Assembly: GCF_009914755.1 (NCBI RefSeq)
Contig: NC_060930.1
Length of the DNA stretch: 64,000 bases
DNA from: the human T2T-CHM13v2.0 reference genome, Homo sapiens
Strand: one strand, 5' to 3'
A model generated the notes under the pieces. That model searched no databases. It worked only from the letters and a program-made list of their open reading frames with translations, and was not told the DNA's origin. This document shows, piece by piece, positions 28,993 to 43,850 of this stretch; position 1 is the stretch's first letter, and every line of letters starts with the position of its first letter. The position numbers and the translations under genes were made by a program.

Positions 28993-30339
28993 TAAAGTAG
29001 AAGGAATGGTGCTTTTGAAATAAGAAAGTGGGAAACAAACATTTCTTTCCAAGACCAACACTGTCATCTCTGTGATTTCAAGTGGCTTTCTCAAGCAGCA
29101 TATCTTAGTGATATATTCGATATCTAGTATAGCCTGAATCAATTACCCATTGCCAAAGAAATGACTTTTCTGAGATGAAGGTAATAGACTTCCTTAGCAA
29201 GATCAAAAGGAAATCATGTAAAAGAGCTGATGGCTTATAGATTGACTTTTTCCAATCCTTAATGATTGCCTTTATCTCCTACTTGCCTGAGAAATATATT
29301 GATGGGGTATCAGTGGGCATATTTTAAAATCACATCCATATATTGCATTAGATCATTAAGAAATGCATTTGAGGAAAATGTCACCAAGAGTAATTAGAAA
29401 GTCATTTGTCTTGACTTCCTCATACTTGAGTGAGTAGAATAATTTAACCTTTTAGCTTTGAGCATGATATGTTGATATGTGATGGGGCACCAAAAGTTAG
29501 ATTCAATGAGAAATATCTCAGTATTCAAAACTATCTAAAGAGGTTCTGAATGCTTCCTGAAAATCTTGACAGATACAATTAAAAGTTTTGACTTAATTTT
29601 ACTAAGAAATGAACTCATTATGCTTAGGTCAGATATAAACAGCATCATCCTTCTTGCAGTTATGAGCTAATTTATGCTTATTATATTTTATCTTTATATT
29701 TTAGTTATAATAAACATTTTAATGTACCTAACATTGGCAATCCTTTTGAATACTATGTATCCATTGAGTGATCAGCAGATACAGAAAGACTTATATCATG
29801 CTTAGGAATATCTTCTTCACAGCATTTGTATGTTATCACAATGCTTTTTATGCACAGAAGAGAGCAAATTTTATTCCAAAGAAATGTAGTCATAAGTGTG
29901 GTAAAGCTCTGTGTTTGAGAGGGTAGCAGCATTGTGGGATTTAAAACAATAGCAGAAAAAAAATAATTACGAGGCTACTCTCAAACCAAATGCCATTCTC
30001 AAACAAATTTCACAAATAACAAATTTGATATAACTTTTAGTATCCCTTAAGAATATCAACTTTTAATGACTTATGAATCAGACTTGATATTTACAGCATG
30101 CAGACTGCATTCCCCCAAATAGAATAGGATACGAGAAAATGGAAACCTTTAGACAGAATTTATAAATCTTTGACATTTACCTTTTCTTGTCTTCCATATA
30201 CATATCAAATAAAAATTTAGATTCATGGTTATCTGAGATCTGTCAGCAAATATTTATCAAGAACTTATTAATTCCAGGCATATTATGAGGTGCTGTAAGG
30301 CATGGAAACCATGAGACACAACAGTGAAGTGTTTTAAAA

Positions 30340-31078
30340 AGCAAAAGAATGGGAGCCTACCAAAAGAAAAAAATATGAGCCAACCAAAAGAGCCCCCAAT
30401 GGCCAATTTTGAGTAACGCATAAAGGAGTAATTTGATAAACAAAATAAATATTGCAGTATTATATTATACTCCAGTGTAGAGAATGAATATCCATGAGTG
30501 CATAGTTATATAAATAAATGATTAAATACATAAATGAGGGAGAAAGGCAGATGTGTCATACAGAAGAATTCCCAACAAGTTATGTGGATACTTCACCCTC
30601 AAGTAGAAGCATAAATTCCAAGTCCATAATTGTGAGCTGCACATAATAACCTCCTCCCAAATAGTACAGTATAGAAATGGAGAAAAAGAGGAACTTTACA
30701 GTGGAGAAACCTGATAAACATTGCCTCAGCAAGGTGATAACACTTAACATCAAGAGTGGTAAGTTGTATTAACAGCCAATAATAACTTGATATGATGTGA
30801 TGAGAATGACATTTCACCTCTTTTTTTCTAGCAACACAAAACAGAGGGAAAAAGAAAAACTAAGAAAATAAGTAAAAAAGAAAATATGAATAAAATATTG
30901 GGTTTAGTGAATAATAATATATTAATATTGACTCATTAGTTTTGATGAAAGAACCATAGTAATATAAGAAGTTAAAAATAGAGGGAACTGGATTTGGAAC
31001 ATACAACAACTTTCTCTACTCTCTCTGTAAATTTCCTGTACATCTAAAACTATTCTGAAATTAAGAGTTTATTTAAAA
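30340..31078 (+). mobile_element. L1MD/L1MC-like 3'UTR
   Basis: aactttacagtggagaaacctg...; ends tctaaaactattctgaaattaagagtttattt. Confidence 0.75.
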
Positions 31079-32202
31079 GTTACATATTAAGGTATGCCTG
31101 AAGGTTTAGTCTAAGAGGGCATATGGAACATCCCACTTATGACTAAAAGTAGGCAAACCTGTCTCTATGTGCTTATAACTGCTCATCTGTTGAATTGCTG
31201 GATTGTTCCATGTTTATTATTTTGATGGACATTGTACATACTCTCCCATATTCATATTGCTTCTTTCAGTGACAAGCTACTAAAAGGCATAAACCCTAGT
31301 TCTGAGTTACTCATGCCCTCTCTTGATTAAAAAATAGGGCAGCAATGGTTTTCCAAGACAGAGCTGGGTTTTCTATATCTTTGGAGAAAATGACTTTGTA
31401 AACAAAGAAAGAGGAATTGTAAGTCTTTGGATGAATGAGTCAGGATGATCTTAGCAAAGGTAAGGGCAATTTTTGCTTGGTTTTTATTGTTTACTCTTTC
31501 TTTTATGCACTTCTATTTTTTTCTTTGTTTTACTGTAAAAATAGATCAGGACGCTGACAAAGAAAAATTATGGCTTTCCAAAAAAGGATATGTGCAGGAA
31601 TATTCTTGAATAAAAGAGCACAAGCACCTATGTGTTCCTTGCTTTTTTTTTTTTTTGACACTTCAATTTTGCAGGGAAAGTGAAATTAAAAATGGCACTT
31701 CTTCATGCAAAAAAGAGAGCAAAAGCTCTTAGCACAGATGGTTAGCAACAAGGTTGAGGACACAATTAACAGTCTGAAATTATATCATCGTATAGTCTGT
31801 CAGCAACTTCGAAGCTGGGCAGCAGCATCCAGGACTTAATTGGCTTTATTAATAAGGCATCCTTTCATTTCCTTTCTGTCTAACTCTTATGTCACTTGTC
31901 ACCATAACAGATTTTTTTTAAGTATCTGCAAATGAATTTGATCCCAAAAGCTTATCTTTTCTGCAGCATGTGTCATTTCTTTTAAAATAGAAGTTTCTCT
32001 TGAACTTCTACTTAAACTTAGTATGGAGCTTTCAGGTAAAACTCTCAAACAAAAAGTGTTTGACACCAGCAAGGCAGAGATCACCCTTTTGGAAAAATAT
32101 ATCAACTACTTATTGATTGCCTTAAATACAGATAATGCAAATCTCAATTTAATCTCCATGTTTTAAAAAAAATGACCAGCAGATAGAAATTAACATTACA
32201 GG

Positions 32203-33975
32203 TGTATATTGGTCCATTTTCATACTGCTATGAAGAAACACCAGAGACTGGGTAATTTATAAGGAGAAAGCAAGTTAGTTACTTCCTAGATAAAATGGGG
32301 GTACAGGCATTGTGTAAATATACCTGTTCCAAGTGGGAGAAAATGGCCAAAATGAAGGGCCTGCAGGCCCCATGCAATTCTGAAATTCAACAGGGCAGTC
32401 AAATCTTAAAGCTTCGAAAGACCTCCTTTGACTCCATGTCTCAAATCCAGGTCATACTGATGCAAGAGGTGAGTTCCCACGGTCTTGGGAAGCTCTGCCC
32501 CTGTGTCTTTGCAGGGTACAGATCCCTCCTGGCTGTTTTCATGCTCTGGTGTTGAGTGCCTGCAGCTTTTCCAGCCACATGGTGCAAGCTGTTCGTATAT
32601 CTATTATTCTGCAGTCTGGAGGACGGTGGCCTCCTTCTCACAGCTCCACTAGGCAGTGCCCCAGTGGGGACACTCTGTGTGGGGGTTCTCACCCCACATT
32701 TTCCTTCTGCATCATCCTAGCAGAGGCTCTCCATGACCCTCCGCCCCTGCAGCAAACTTCTGCCTGGACATCCAGGCATTTCCATACATCCTCTGAAATC
32801 TAGTTGGAGGTTCCCAACCCTCAATTCTTGACTTCTGTGCACCCACAGGCTCAACACCATGTGTAAGCTGCCAAGGTTTGGAGCTTGCACCCTCTGAAGC
32901 AACAGCCTGAGTTGTACAGTGGCCCCTTTTAACCATGGCTGGAGCTGAAGCAGCTGAGATGCAGGGGGCACCATGTCCTGAGGCTGCATAGAGTGGGGCC
33001 TCCATGCCTGTGATTGGAGGGGGGCTGCTGTGAAGGTCTCTGACATGCCCTGAAGACATTTTGTCCATTGTCTTGGTGATTAATATTTGGCTTCTCATTA
33101 CTTATGCAAATTTATACAGCTAGCTTGAATTTCTACCCCCAAAATGGGGTTTTCTTTTCTATCACATTATCAGGCTGCAAATTTTTCAAACTTTTATACT
33201 CTACTTCCTCTTGCATGCTTTGCCACCTAGAAATTTCTTCCTCCAGATACCCTAAATTATCTCTCTTAAGTTCAAAGTTTTACAGATCTGTAGAGCAGGG
33301 GCAAAATACCACCAGTATCTTTGCATAGCAAGAATGACCTTTACTCCAGTTCCCAACGAGTTCCTCATCTCCATATGACACCACCGCAGCCTGGACTTTA
33401 CTGTCCATATCACTATTCAGCATTTTGGCCAAAGCCATTTAAGTCTCTAGGAAGTCTCAAACTTTCCCACATCTTACTGTCTTCTGAGCCTTCCAAGTCT
33501 ATAGGACGTTACAAACTTTCCAACATCTTCCTGTCTTCTTCTGAGACCTCCAAACTATTCCAACCTCTGCCTGTTGCCCAGTTCCAAAGTCGCTTCCACA
33601 TTTTCAGGTATCTTTATAGCAGCACCTGTAGCAGTAAACTGGTACCAATTTACTGTATTAGTCCATTTTCACACTGCTATGAAGAAATACCTGAGACGGG
33701 GCAATTTATAAAGAAAAAGAGGTTTAATTGACTTACAGTTCCACATGGCTGGGGAGGCCTTACAAACATGGCAGAAGGTGAAGGAGGAGCAAAGGCACAT
33801 CTTACATGGTGGCAGGCAAAAGAACGTATGCAAGAGAACTGCCCTTTATAAAACCATCAGATCTCATGAGACTTATTTGCTGTCACAAGAACAACACAGG
33901 AAAACCCATCCTTATGATTCAATTACCTCAGTTACCTCCTACTGCATCCCCCTCATGACATGCTGAGATTATGAT
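32203..33975 (-). mobile_element. THE1 (THE1C-like) MaLR: LTR remnant + internal region + LTR
   Basis: LTR stub 32203-32270, THE1-int about 32270-33653 ending ggtaccaatttac, second LTR from 33654 (tgtattagtccattttcacactgctatgaagaaatacc). Confidence 0.9.
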
Positions 33976-36214
33976 CTACTCTCACCACTGAGAATATTCA
34001 TATTCTTCAATCATAATGTTCAAATATCTAAAGTATGTCATGCATTACATACCTAAAATCTTCACAGAAATGCAGTTACATTTGAATGATAAACATTTGT
34101 TTTATGTTATATTGACCTTAGAACTAGGTAATAATTAAAACAAACACTTCAGTTTCTGGGTTGTAAAGAGGAGTTTTGATAGAATATTCAATTTTTGCTA
34201 AATATAGCCAGACATGGGATTGTTTTCATTTCTTTGACTAAAATTAATGAGATTTTTGAAATTATCTCAAAGGCATTATGTTTGTGACAAGTTATCTATA
34301 ACACAATATGGAAGCTATCCTTTAATGATAAGTTTCTTCTGAAATGTATTTTTATTACTGTTTTTATACTTTTACAATATTAATCTTAATGATAAAATCT
34401 AGACAGAATATATAGGCTTTTGTATCATTTTTCCAAAGTTTGGAATACTACTAGTTATCAGAGATTTTTATTAGCTATTCTATGAATAAAGAAAAAGCAT
34501 TCCACAATCAAATAAGTTTCAGAAATGTTTCCTATTACAGTCCTCTCTGTATCTTTCTATTAGCACACAAAATGGTTTGGTAAGTCCTGTAAAAAAGACT
34601 CTGAATCAGGTGAGATGCAGGAGAATGAAAAGCCTCAAGGGAGAATGAGGAAATTAAAGCAAGAAAGTGGAGGGGTCCAGGGGGATCAGAGAAGCTGGGG
34701 TTTAGGTCAAAAGAGAGGAAGGTGGAGCAGCATAGCAGTCTAAGGCTGAACAGAAAGGAGAAGGCAGATATTCACAGACGCTTGCACTTTGTGTAATGAG
34801 CTAGAACAGTGGGAATAGAAAATATAATGAATTAACTCACTTCAAAATTTTAAAGAGAACTCAAGAATTATGTTGCAAGCTGAGAATCCAGGGATTGTGG
34901 GAGATCTGGGGAATGTGACAGTGATAAGTCAGTCCTTGCTAGGGCTTATCCCACTGGCACAGTACTACTTCTCCAGATTCTGGCTGTTGCCTTTGAGATT
35001 TTCCTAGCTAAGGTTTGCCTACTTTTCTTGACTACAGTTTAAAATTTCTCTCTTCTTGTCTGCTGTGTACTCATCTTCCAATTCTAATTTTATCTCTTCT
35101 CCATTTTACATCCCAGCCTTCTGAAGTGATTACTTAGTCCAAACACACCTATAAAATATGTGTATATTGGTGAAAATACATTTTAATGGCAGTATCAGGA
35201 GTAAGACCAACAGCTTACACACTGGGATGTTTTGCTCGTGAATATTGCTAAGAAACTGTACAATTCTTTTAAAACCTAATAATTTCAGAGGTTGAACAGG
35301 GTATAGAAATATGGCAAAGAAAATCAATCCCATTTAAATTTTCTAGTCCTAAGGCAAATTTCTAGGTCCTGAAGTTCATCAGTACAGCTGCTTTTTGTAT
35401 TAACAAGCGATAAGTGATACTAAAGATAAGAGTAATCTCATATCTTGAGAAATACTCAATTTTATTCCTTCTGGCTATAAATGGAAAAAAAAATGAAGCA
35501 CAATCCAGTCATGAATACTGGTCTGGGCCAGCAGAGGTCTGGGCTATGTCAGTGTCAGATCTAAAGTGGTAACTGGAGAGACAAAGCTGGTGCATCTTGC
35601 CAAAAGTGAACAAGAGGCCAAATACCAGAAGATCTATAAAAGAAGAAAATGATCAGAATCCGGACAGACTTCAATGAAGTGCTATTCAAAGGTTCATCAT
35701 TAACTAACATAGCACAACTAAGTGAATCTGATCCTACATCAGAGGCTGTCTCTTCACTCTCTTTTGTGTGTGTCCCACCCCCACCTGAGAAGTTCATTTT
35801 TTTCTGTATGCAGATCTATTATGAGGTCAGTATTGCAGGTTGTTAACAAAATTTTCAGAGAGAAATAGCTAATAGAAGGATCATGATATATTATTTTGTT
35901 TATGCTTAAAAATATTTTTTAAATTATAAGGAGTAGTATTTATATACAAACACTTTTGGACACTGCATTTTATGCTAATATAGGTTTCTTATTTTTTTAA
36001 CCCAAGAAAGAGCATATAGTGGAGAATATACATAGGATTATCAAGATTTTATTATAATTATAAAATAAAGTCATAGCAACATATAATTTTAAAAACTATT
36101 TTTATGTAGATTATATCATGGGTATCTTCATAAAAGCCTGTGGTTTTGATAAGGTAGATATTTTGTCTACATTTCAGAAATAAAGAGAAATAAAATCTTA
36201 GTGAACTTTAGGGT

Positions 36215-36548
36215 TGCTGTGGTCTGAATGTTTGCGCCCCTCTCAAAATTCCTACGTTGAAAACCTCATCACCAATACTATACAATTAGGTAGAAGAGGT
36301 GATTAGGTCAGGAGGGTGGAACCCTTGTTACTGGTATTAGAGCCCTTATAAAAGAAGCTCTAAAGAGCTGCCTCACCCCTTTCTGCCATGTGATGACACA
36401 GTGAGAAGATGGCCCTCACCAGATACCTAATCTGTTGGCACCTTGATCTTGGACTTCCCTGCTTCCAAAATAATGAGACATAAATTTTGGTTGTTTCTAA
36501 GACATTCAGTTCTTGGTGTTTGTTACACAGTCCGAAAGGACTAAGACA
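36215..36548 (+). mobile_element. MLT1A-type MaLR solo LTR
   Basis: tgctgtggtctgaatgttt...gcaccttgatcttggacttcc...ggactaagaca. Confidence 0.85.
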
Positions 36549-36611
36549 AGAGTTTTTTGCTTAGTGGCATAACTCATCAATGTCATGGCTAGATAGCAGA
36601 TAGTTCATATG

Positions 36612-36745
36612 GTTCCTTCCTTCATTCATTCCTTCTTTCCTTTTTTCCTTCCATCCTTCCTTTCTTTCATCTCCTCCTCCTTCTTTCTCTCTCTCCTTTC
36701 CTCCCATCCCCTCCCTTTTCTCCTTTCCTTCTTCTTATTTTTAAT
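36612..36745. repeat. CT-rich low-complexity polypyrimidine tract
   Basis: Degenerate (TTCC)/(TCC) repeats over about 130 bp. Confidence 0.8.
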
Positions 36746-38142
36746 ATACCCTTTCCCCATATCTCAACCCCCAATTATTAGAAATACCACATCCTCAATA
36801 CATGTGTGTTAGGCACAGGGTCATTTGGAACTGTTTACTACCAGTATTTGTCCAAAAAGATTATTTTAAAATATAAAAATATAAAATCGTTGGGTGGATT
36901 GAAATTTTAGATAAGATGGCTGAGTCACTGTTTGTTTGCACAGAGGTAAGTGGGAATGTACTATCTTGAAGGAAGCTAGGAGGGAGTCATATAACAGAGG
37001 ATAGAGAAATGCCCATTTAAATAATTTAAGCAGATTGCCCTTGCTTATTCCACACCACCCAACTGCTTTTAATTTTTACCACTTGGAAATAGGTAATGCT
37101 GGTTGTGTACTTAGAAAGCCCCAATTCAGCAAGTGAAGAGATAAGTCTTCCCAGATAAAATAGTGAACTGTACCCCTTAATCCCTGTGCTCTTCCTCTCC
37201 AAACTGGCTCTCCTGTTTACCCTGCTCTTGTTCAGAACTCTCTCTTGGATATGTTTTCTCGACATGGAGGCTTCAGCTGCACACACTCATATACGTAGAG
37301 TAATGCAAACTTGTTTGTTATATCATCTGTGACTCCTGCTTTTGGGGGAAGTTAGTTTCTAAATCCTTTTTCTTCCTTAGTGATTTTTTTTCCAATTAGT
37401 TGAACGAATGATGGTATTTGTTTGCAGCTTCCAGTGTTGCCCATAAAGAAGAGTAGTTATTCATTTAGGGAAATTGCTTGATCAGTGCTATGCAGGGCCA
37501 TTATATCTTCTTTGTGCTGGTAGGAGAAAAGAGTGATATTCTAGATTGAAACAACTGGAAAAACAGATTGCTGAATTAGGAGTGAAGATATAATTAGATG
37601 CACCCTACAATAATTGGATAGAATTGAAAGCATTTAAGTCTGTACATAATCAAATATTGCCTGGAAATGCTACAGCATCTTCATTTTATGCTAAACAGAT
37701 TTTTATGGAAGGGCTATAAAGGAGGAAATCTGCTTGCTAATTTGATTAAAAACACCATGGATCTCCGTGATTTCAGCTATTAAGATTCCAAATGGGAGGA
37801 GGCTAATTATAAAAGAAAATAAGAAATTGATTTCATCTTTAAGATCTATTATCAAACATTGCATAGTTTAAGTGGAATTATTCATAACAAAGATGCACTT
37901 CAATAATTGCTCTAAGAATAGATATATTCTTAGTTCCATTTTAAACTGAAAGGAATCTAAAGAAAAAACAACACTGTATCATCAGTATTTATGGGAGAGG
38001 TATTTTATTAACCACATAAGCCCATTTTACTGAAAAGAAAACAAATTAAAAGAATATCACTTGCTGAAAACTATCCTCAAACACAGATATGTAGTGTCTC
38101 ATAACTTAAGAACTGTATTCATTCTCTGTTTATACTATTTAA

Positions 38143-38511
<369 letters not shown>

Positions 38512-38521
38512 CTTGTCTTAT

Positions 38522-39375
38522 TATTTATTCATCCATTAAACAGACATTACTGAGCAGCTACTATGTAGCAGCCAGTGTTTCAGGCACAGAGGATACAGCA
38601 GAGAATGAAGGAGACAAAATTTCCTACCATCAAGAATCTTGCATTCTGTTTGGAAAGGGGTAAAGTAAAAGATAAATAAGTATGATGTATAGTGTGTTGG
38701 ATAGTAATGAATGCTAAAGAAGATAAATATGAAGTGGAAGGGTAAGATTATTTTTGAGAGAATGGTCAAAGAAGGCCTCATTGTGGAAACTTGAGTAAAG
38801 ATTTGAATGAAGTGAAGGAGCTGACCATGCTGATATCTTAAGAAAGCCTCCAGACAGATGTGCAAAGGCCTGAGGCAGGCTGCGCACGGCTTGTTGGGGC
38901 AACAGCAAGAAATGATGTTGATAGAGTACATCTAGGCAGGGGCTGGGGAGAAGGCCTTCACAGGTTGTAGGTCACAAGGTCTCAGTATGGATTTTGATTT
39001 CTATTTTAATTTATTTTATTTCTTTGCATTTCATTTTTTTGAGGTAAGGTCTCACTCTGTCATCCAGGCTGGCATGACCACTGCTCACTGCAGCCTCAAC
39101 CTCCCAGGTTCAAGTGATCCTCCTACCTCAGCTTCCCAAGTATCTGGGACTACAGGCATATGACACCATCCCCACTAATTATTTGTAGAGATAGTCTCAT
39201 TATGTTGCCAGGGCTGGTCTCGAACTCCTGGGCTCCAGGGACCCCACCTAAACCTCCCAGAGTGTTGGGATTATAGGCATGAGCTACCACACTGGGCCAG
39301 ATTTTGACTCCAAAGTGAGATGGGAAGGAGTGGTAGCACTGAACAGAAGAGACATGATCTACCTTATTTTATCAG
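38522..39375 (-). mobile_element. L2 fragment interrupted by an AluJ
   Basis: attcatccattaaacagacattactgagca (antisense L2 3' end), tgcaaaggcctgaggcagg. Confidence 0.7.
39002..39298 (-). mobile_element. AluJ
   Basis: Diverged antisense Alu; flanks gattttgat / gattttgac. Confidence 0.9.
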
Positions 39376-40199
39376 ACATGAGCTTCTCAACTGCAGGGGC
39401 TACTCTGGGCCATGCAGCTTTGTAAAAATGATCTAAGTGATATCCTATTCTATCTACTGGGCTGCAGATAGCTGAAGAACATTTCTATCTACTTTATAAT
39501 TTAGTACACAGTCAATCCTGGAAAGTATTTATTAATGATGCTGGTTACCTTTTAAACACAAAATTTAAAATGTGGGCCTAATTTAAACATAAAAATAAAA
39601 AATGTTCAAACGACAAAGGAAAATCTGAGGGGTTATATCTTTTTAGTCTAGTTTAAATGCCTGTACTTCCCAGGAATTTAATAATTTGGTAAGTTAAAAA
39701 AAACTTTTTATTCATCATGCATATGGTAAATGTTATTTGCTTTTCCTTTTTAGAACTACATTTAAAGAGAAATAAATTAATTCTGGAGTGCCACTTTGTC
39801 ACAGAAAGAAGGCAAAGGGATATCTCCAAATTTCTAGTTTATGTACCTTCTCATTCTTTTCCATGTTACCAGAAAACAGTATTACTACTTGGTGAAAGTT
39901 TTGTTTTATTGTAAAATGGTAAAATGCAGTTTAAATTTATTTCAAAAGATGAATCCAGGAGCCAGCTGAATATGCTCATGGGTCTGCTCAAGCCAAGGTT
40001 TTATTGCTGCTAATTGACAAGCCCAATTGTACAACACCAAATTTGGAACTGAAAATTCCCTGTCTTTGAATAGCTGTAATTTAATCAAGCTTGCTTTAGC
40101 TCCTTTATTATATCATAATGAAATATAAAATACCTTACACACAAATGCTTCTCTTTCAGAAATTAAATAGAAAGCAAAGATTTAACAGGCCAAGAGTAA

Positions 40200-40628
<429 letters not shown>

Positions 40629-40929
40629 CCAAATTTTCATTATCCTCATGTTTGTCCTAAAGCAAAAGAAAAAGATGAGCAACTGTGGAAAATGAAAATA
40701 CCAAAGCTTGGTGTGTTTTCTGAGAAAACTTAAGCTTCAGGATACTTATAACTGTAGTTATTAAACCCAAAGAGAGAAGTAAGTCTTCTTCATATATCTA
40801 GAAGCAATGTGAACATTTGCCACTAGTAGGATCTAGAGTGAAGATTTCTTAACTCTTCATCCTTTCCATGCTAATTGAATGATGAAGACCCTAGGAGTTT
40901 TTCAAAAAATCTCATACAGAGTGCTAACA

Positions 40930-41312
40930 CATCACTTGATGACATCCAGCCATGACGGATTCAGGCTTGCATAAATAATCTGCAGGAGTTCTTTGAATAT
41001 ATCACAGCCACACTAGATAAAAGATGATCTGGGACTACGATATAGTTAATATTTCAGAAAAAAAAGTGCATTTGATATGGTTCTGCATCAGAGATAAAGG
41101 TAAAAGAACCACCGAACATGGGATAAAGAGTACCGAAGCGAAAATTAGTTTTAGAAACACTACAAAGCAAAGACTTTAAAAGCAACTTTTATGTTGGAAA
41201 GAAAAAAAAAAATTGAAACTGGGCAGCCCATGTGCAATTAATTGAAGTCCAGTCCTTCCTTAAAAACGCTTTCTAACACACCAAATATCTCACAAAGCTG
41301 ATGGTGACTAAA
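40930..41312 (+). mobile_element. CR1/L3-family LINE reverse-transcriptase fossil
   Basis: Hand translation gives CINNLQEFFEYITATLDK (40968-41021) and AFDMVLHQR (41068-41094), matching CR1 RT motifs SCLTNLLEFFE..T..LDKG and KAFDKVPH.RL. Confidence 0.6.
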
Positions 41313-42031
41313 AGTCTTTCCAACAGTTTAGTGCAATAGACTTATCACTAAGCTTGGAATGTAAAAATCTAAGTTCTAGCTGATTAAATGATCTTGAGTA
41401 ATTAGCACTCAGGGTCTCAGATTCCAACCTACAGAATAGGAAATTGGGTCTAGAAAGATTGCCAAAGTCCCTCCTATCTCCACAACTATTTGATTCTAAC
41501 AGCTCCACGTAGCTCTGGGGAATTTAATCATCAAGCAAGTTTCTCCATTAAGGTGGATAATTAAAATGAGGGAGTACTCTGTAATGCATCAAAACAGATT
41601 CAGATTGCTGGCTTTTTCAAATTTACAGTTTCGCTTTCAGTAAAAATTACATGGTATAATCAGTCGAGCTGTGGAAATGGGCTCTGAAGGCTATTGATTC
41701 CTGAGTTCTTGATACTTTCATTGACCCTATCAAAACACTTAAATGTTCCAAAGCCTGGAGTGGCCCTGGAGAAGCCCAAGTTGTAACAATTTTGTACTGC
41801 CTGAGGTTTATATTACTCCAGAGAGTATGTATTTTGTAATAGGGTTGAAAAGACAGTAAAATTTTTAAAAAGTGGCCACTCCTATAGTAGTGTAGATACA
41901 TGAACATTTAACCAAATGTATTGCCTTTATTCTGAGTCTGTACATGCGCAGAAATCCCAGCAAAATGTTCTCTAACTAGTCTTATGTGACCCTGGCTTAA
42001 AATGTGGGCTGTTAGACTTTTAACTACTTGA

Positions 42032-42329
42032 GGCCAGGCACAGTGGTTCACATTTGCAATCCCAGCACTTTGGGAGGCAGAGGTGGGCAGATCACCTGAG
42101 GTCAGGAGTTCGAGACCAGCTTGGCCAATATGGTGAAACCTTGTCTCTAACTAAAAATACAAAAATTAGCCAGGTGTGGTGCCATGTGCCTGTAATCCCA
42201 GCTACTCAGGAGGCTGAGGCAGGAGAACTGCTTGAACTCGGGAAGTGGAGGTTGCAGTGAGCCGTGAGCCAAGATTCTGCCACTGTACCGCAGCCTGGGC
42301 AACACAGTGAGACTCCAAAAAAAAAAAAA
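42032..42329 (+). mobile_element. AluS
   Basis: Sense Alu; TSD aactacttga (42022-42031 and 42340-42349). Confidence 0.95.
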
Positions 42330-42847
42330 TTTTTTTTTGAACTACTTGAAAATAATAGACTGCTTTTATTATGTACAGAGTCAGTATTCCATGCAATTTT
42401 GTTGAATTAAATTTAATTCTTCTATCACCAGAGAGCATTTTTTTTAAATGAAGAACATGATTACTAATTTAGATGACATGTAACCAAGTTTAAGGCAGAC
42501 AAAAAAAAAGTCTCTATTAGAAACTACAATGGAACATTATGGGGATAAAATGAAAATATTAACTTAAAATTCATTCCTCCATCCCTTTTAGCCCAAATGA
42601 GTGAATAATTTTAAAACCTGAAACAAATGTTTTCTCAGTATAACCCTTCTAGAGAAGTACTGCAATTTCACTAAATCACAGAACTCCCATTGCCTTAGAT
42701 CAGGAGTGTGTATATTATCAGCATCAAACAAAACTCAATTATTTGTAATTGTCAGCAGAGCTGAGAATAAACCTTATTGAAGCATGAACACTGTGAGAAA
42801 AAATATATCTGTGCATTCCATCAAAAGCAAGCATTTCTTTGCCTGAA

Positions 42848-43200
42848 TTTTTAAAAATTGTTTTATTTATAATTATTGTAGATATATAATAGTTGTACAT
42901 ATTTATGTATATGTGATGTTTGGATACAGTATACAGTGTGTAATGATCAAATCAGGGTAATTGAGGTATCCATCACCTTAAGCTTTTATCATTTCTTTGT
43001 GTTAGGAACATTTCAATTCCACTCTTTTAGTTATTTTGAAATATACAATAAGTTATTGTTAACTATAGTCACCCTATTGTGCCACCAAACACTAGATTTT
43101 ACTCTATCTAATTGTATTTTCATACTCATTAACCCTCCCCTCTTTACCCCCCTTCTCCATTACCCTTCCCAGCCTGTGGTAACCATCATTCTATTCTCTA
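42848..43200 (-). mobile_element. L1MA 3' end
   Basis: gtgtaatgatcaaatcagggtaattg...accatcattctattctcta. Confidence 0.85.
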
Positions 43201-43379
43201 TAATTTGTAATAATTATACTTCTAGAGCAAAAGATAAACTCTGCCTACCTGGGTCTTGATTCTCTTAGGAGGGATAAGTCATGTCCAAGAATAGAATACA
43301 AAAAGAGAAAATGGTGTCAGTAGTATGGTGTTATACTGGTGTGCTATACTAAATGGTGTCCGTTTCAGGTAAAATGACA

Positions 43380-43850
43380 TTAGAATTCAGAATGAAGGAG
43401 TGATTCCAGCTGGAGCAATTAGGAATCAGGGAAGTCATTGTAAACAAAGTGGCATTTTTGATAGACCTGGACTTTAAAATATGGAAATTAGTGCAGAGCG
43501 TGATGAATCCAGCATTCTGAGGAAAAAGGAAAAGGAGAAGGAGGTGTGAGGCACCAACTGAAAAGAGGACTTGATCTTCCTGAGCCTCTAGTGTGTGAAA
43601 GAGAACAATGGGCTGTGAGGGGCTAGATGGTGCAAAGCTTTGGAGGCCTGATGTGCACTTTAATCATCAGGCTTGGACCAGGTACAGAGGGTTTTAAGAA
43701 GGAGAATGACAGAACCAGAGCTGTGCTTTTGGAGATTTATTCTGGCAGCAGTGTGTAGGATGGATTGAAGGAGGTGATGCCAGCTCAGGCTCAACAATTT
43801 CTTAAAGTGGAGAAAAGGCACAGTTGCAGTAGAGACTAATCCACGTGCCA
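43380..43850 (-). mobile_element. L2 fragment
   Basis: agggttttaagaaggagaatgac...tctggcagcagtgtgtaggatggattg. Confidence 0.55.

Noticed and set aside
33441-33553. ~55-bp tandem duplication within THE1-int
   Set aside because: I recall this as a shared feature of THE1C/D internal sequences, so it is probably not locus-specific.
32295-33966. Cluster of overlapping ORFs up to 136 aa
   Set aside because: All lie in the THE1 internal region or LTR; decayed MaLR sequence with stops and frameshifts.
35561-35846. Overlapping opposite-strand ORFs and a TATAAAA in unique sequence
   Set aside because: No splice signals, homology or codon bias that I can see.
42317-42338. A13T9 palindrome
   Set aside because: An Alu poly-A tail abutting a T-run at the target site.
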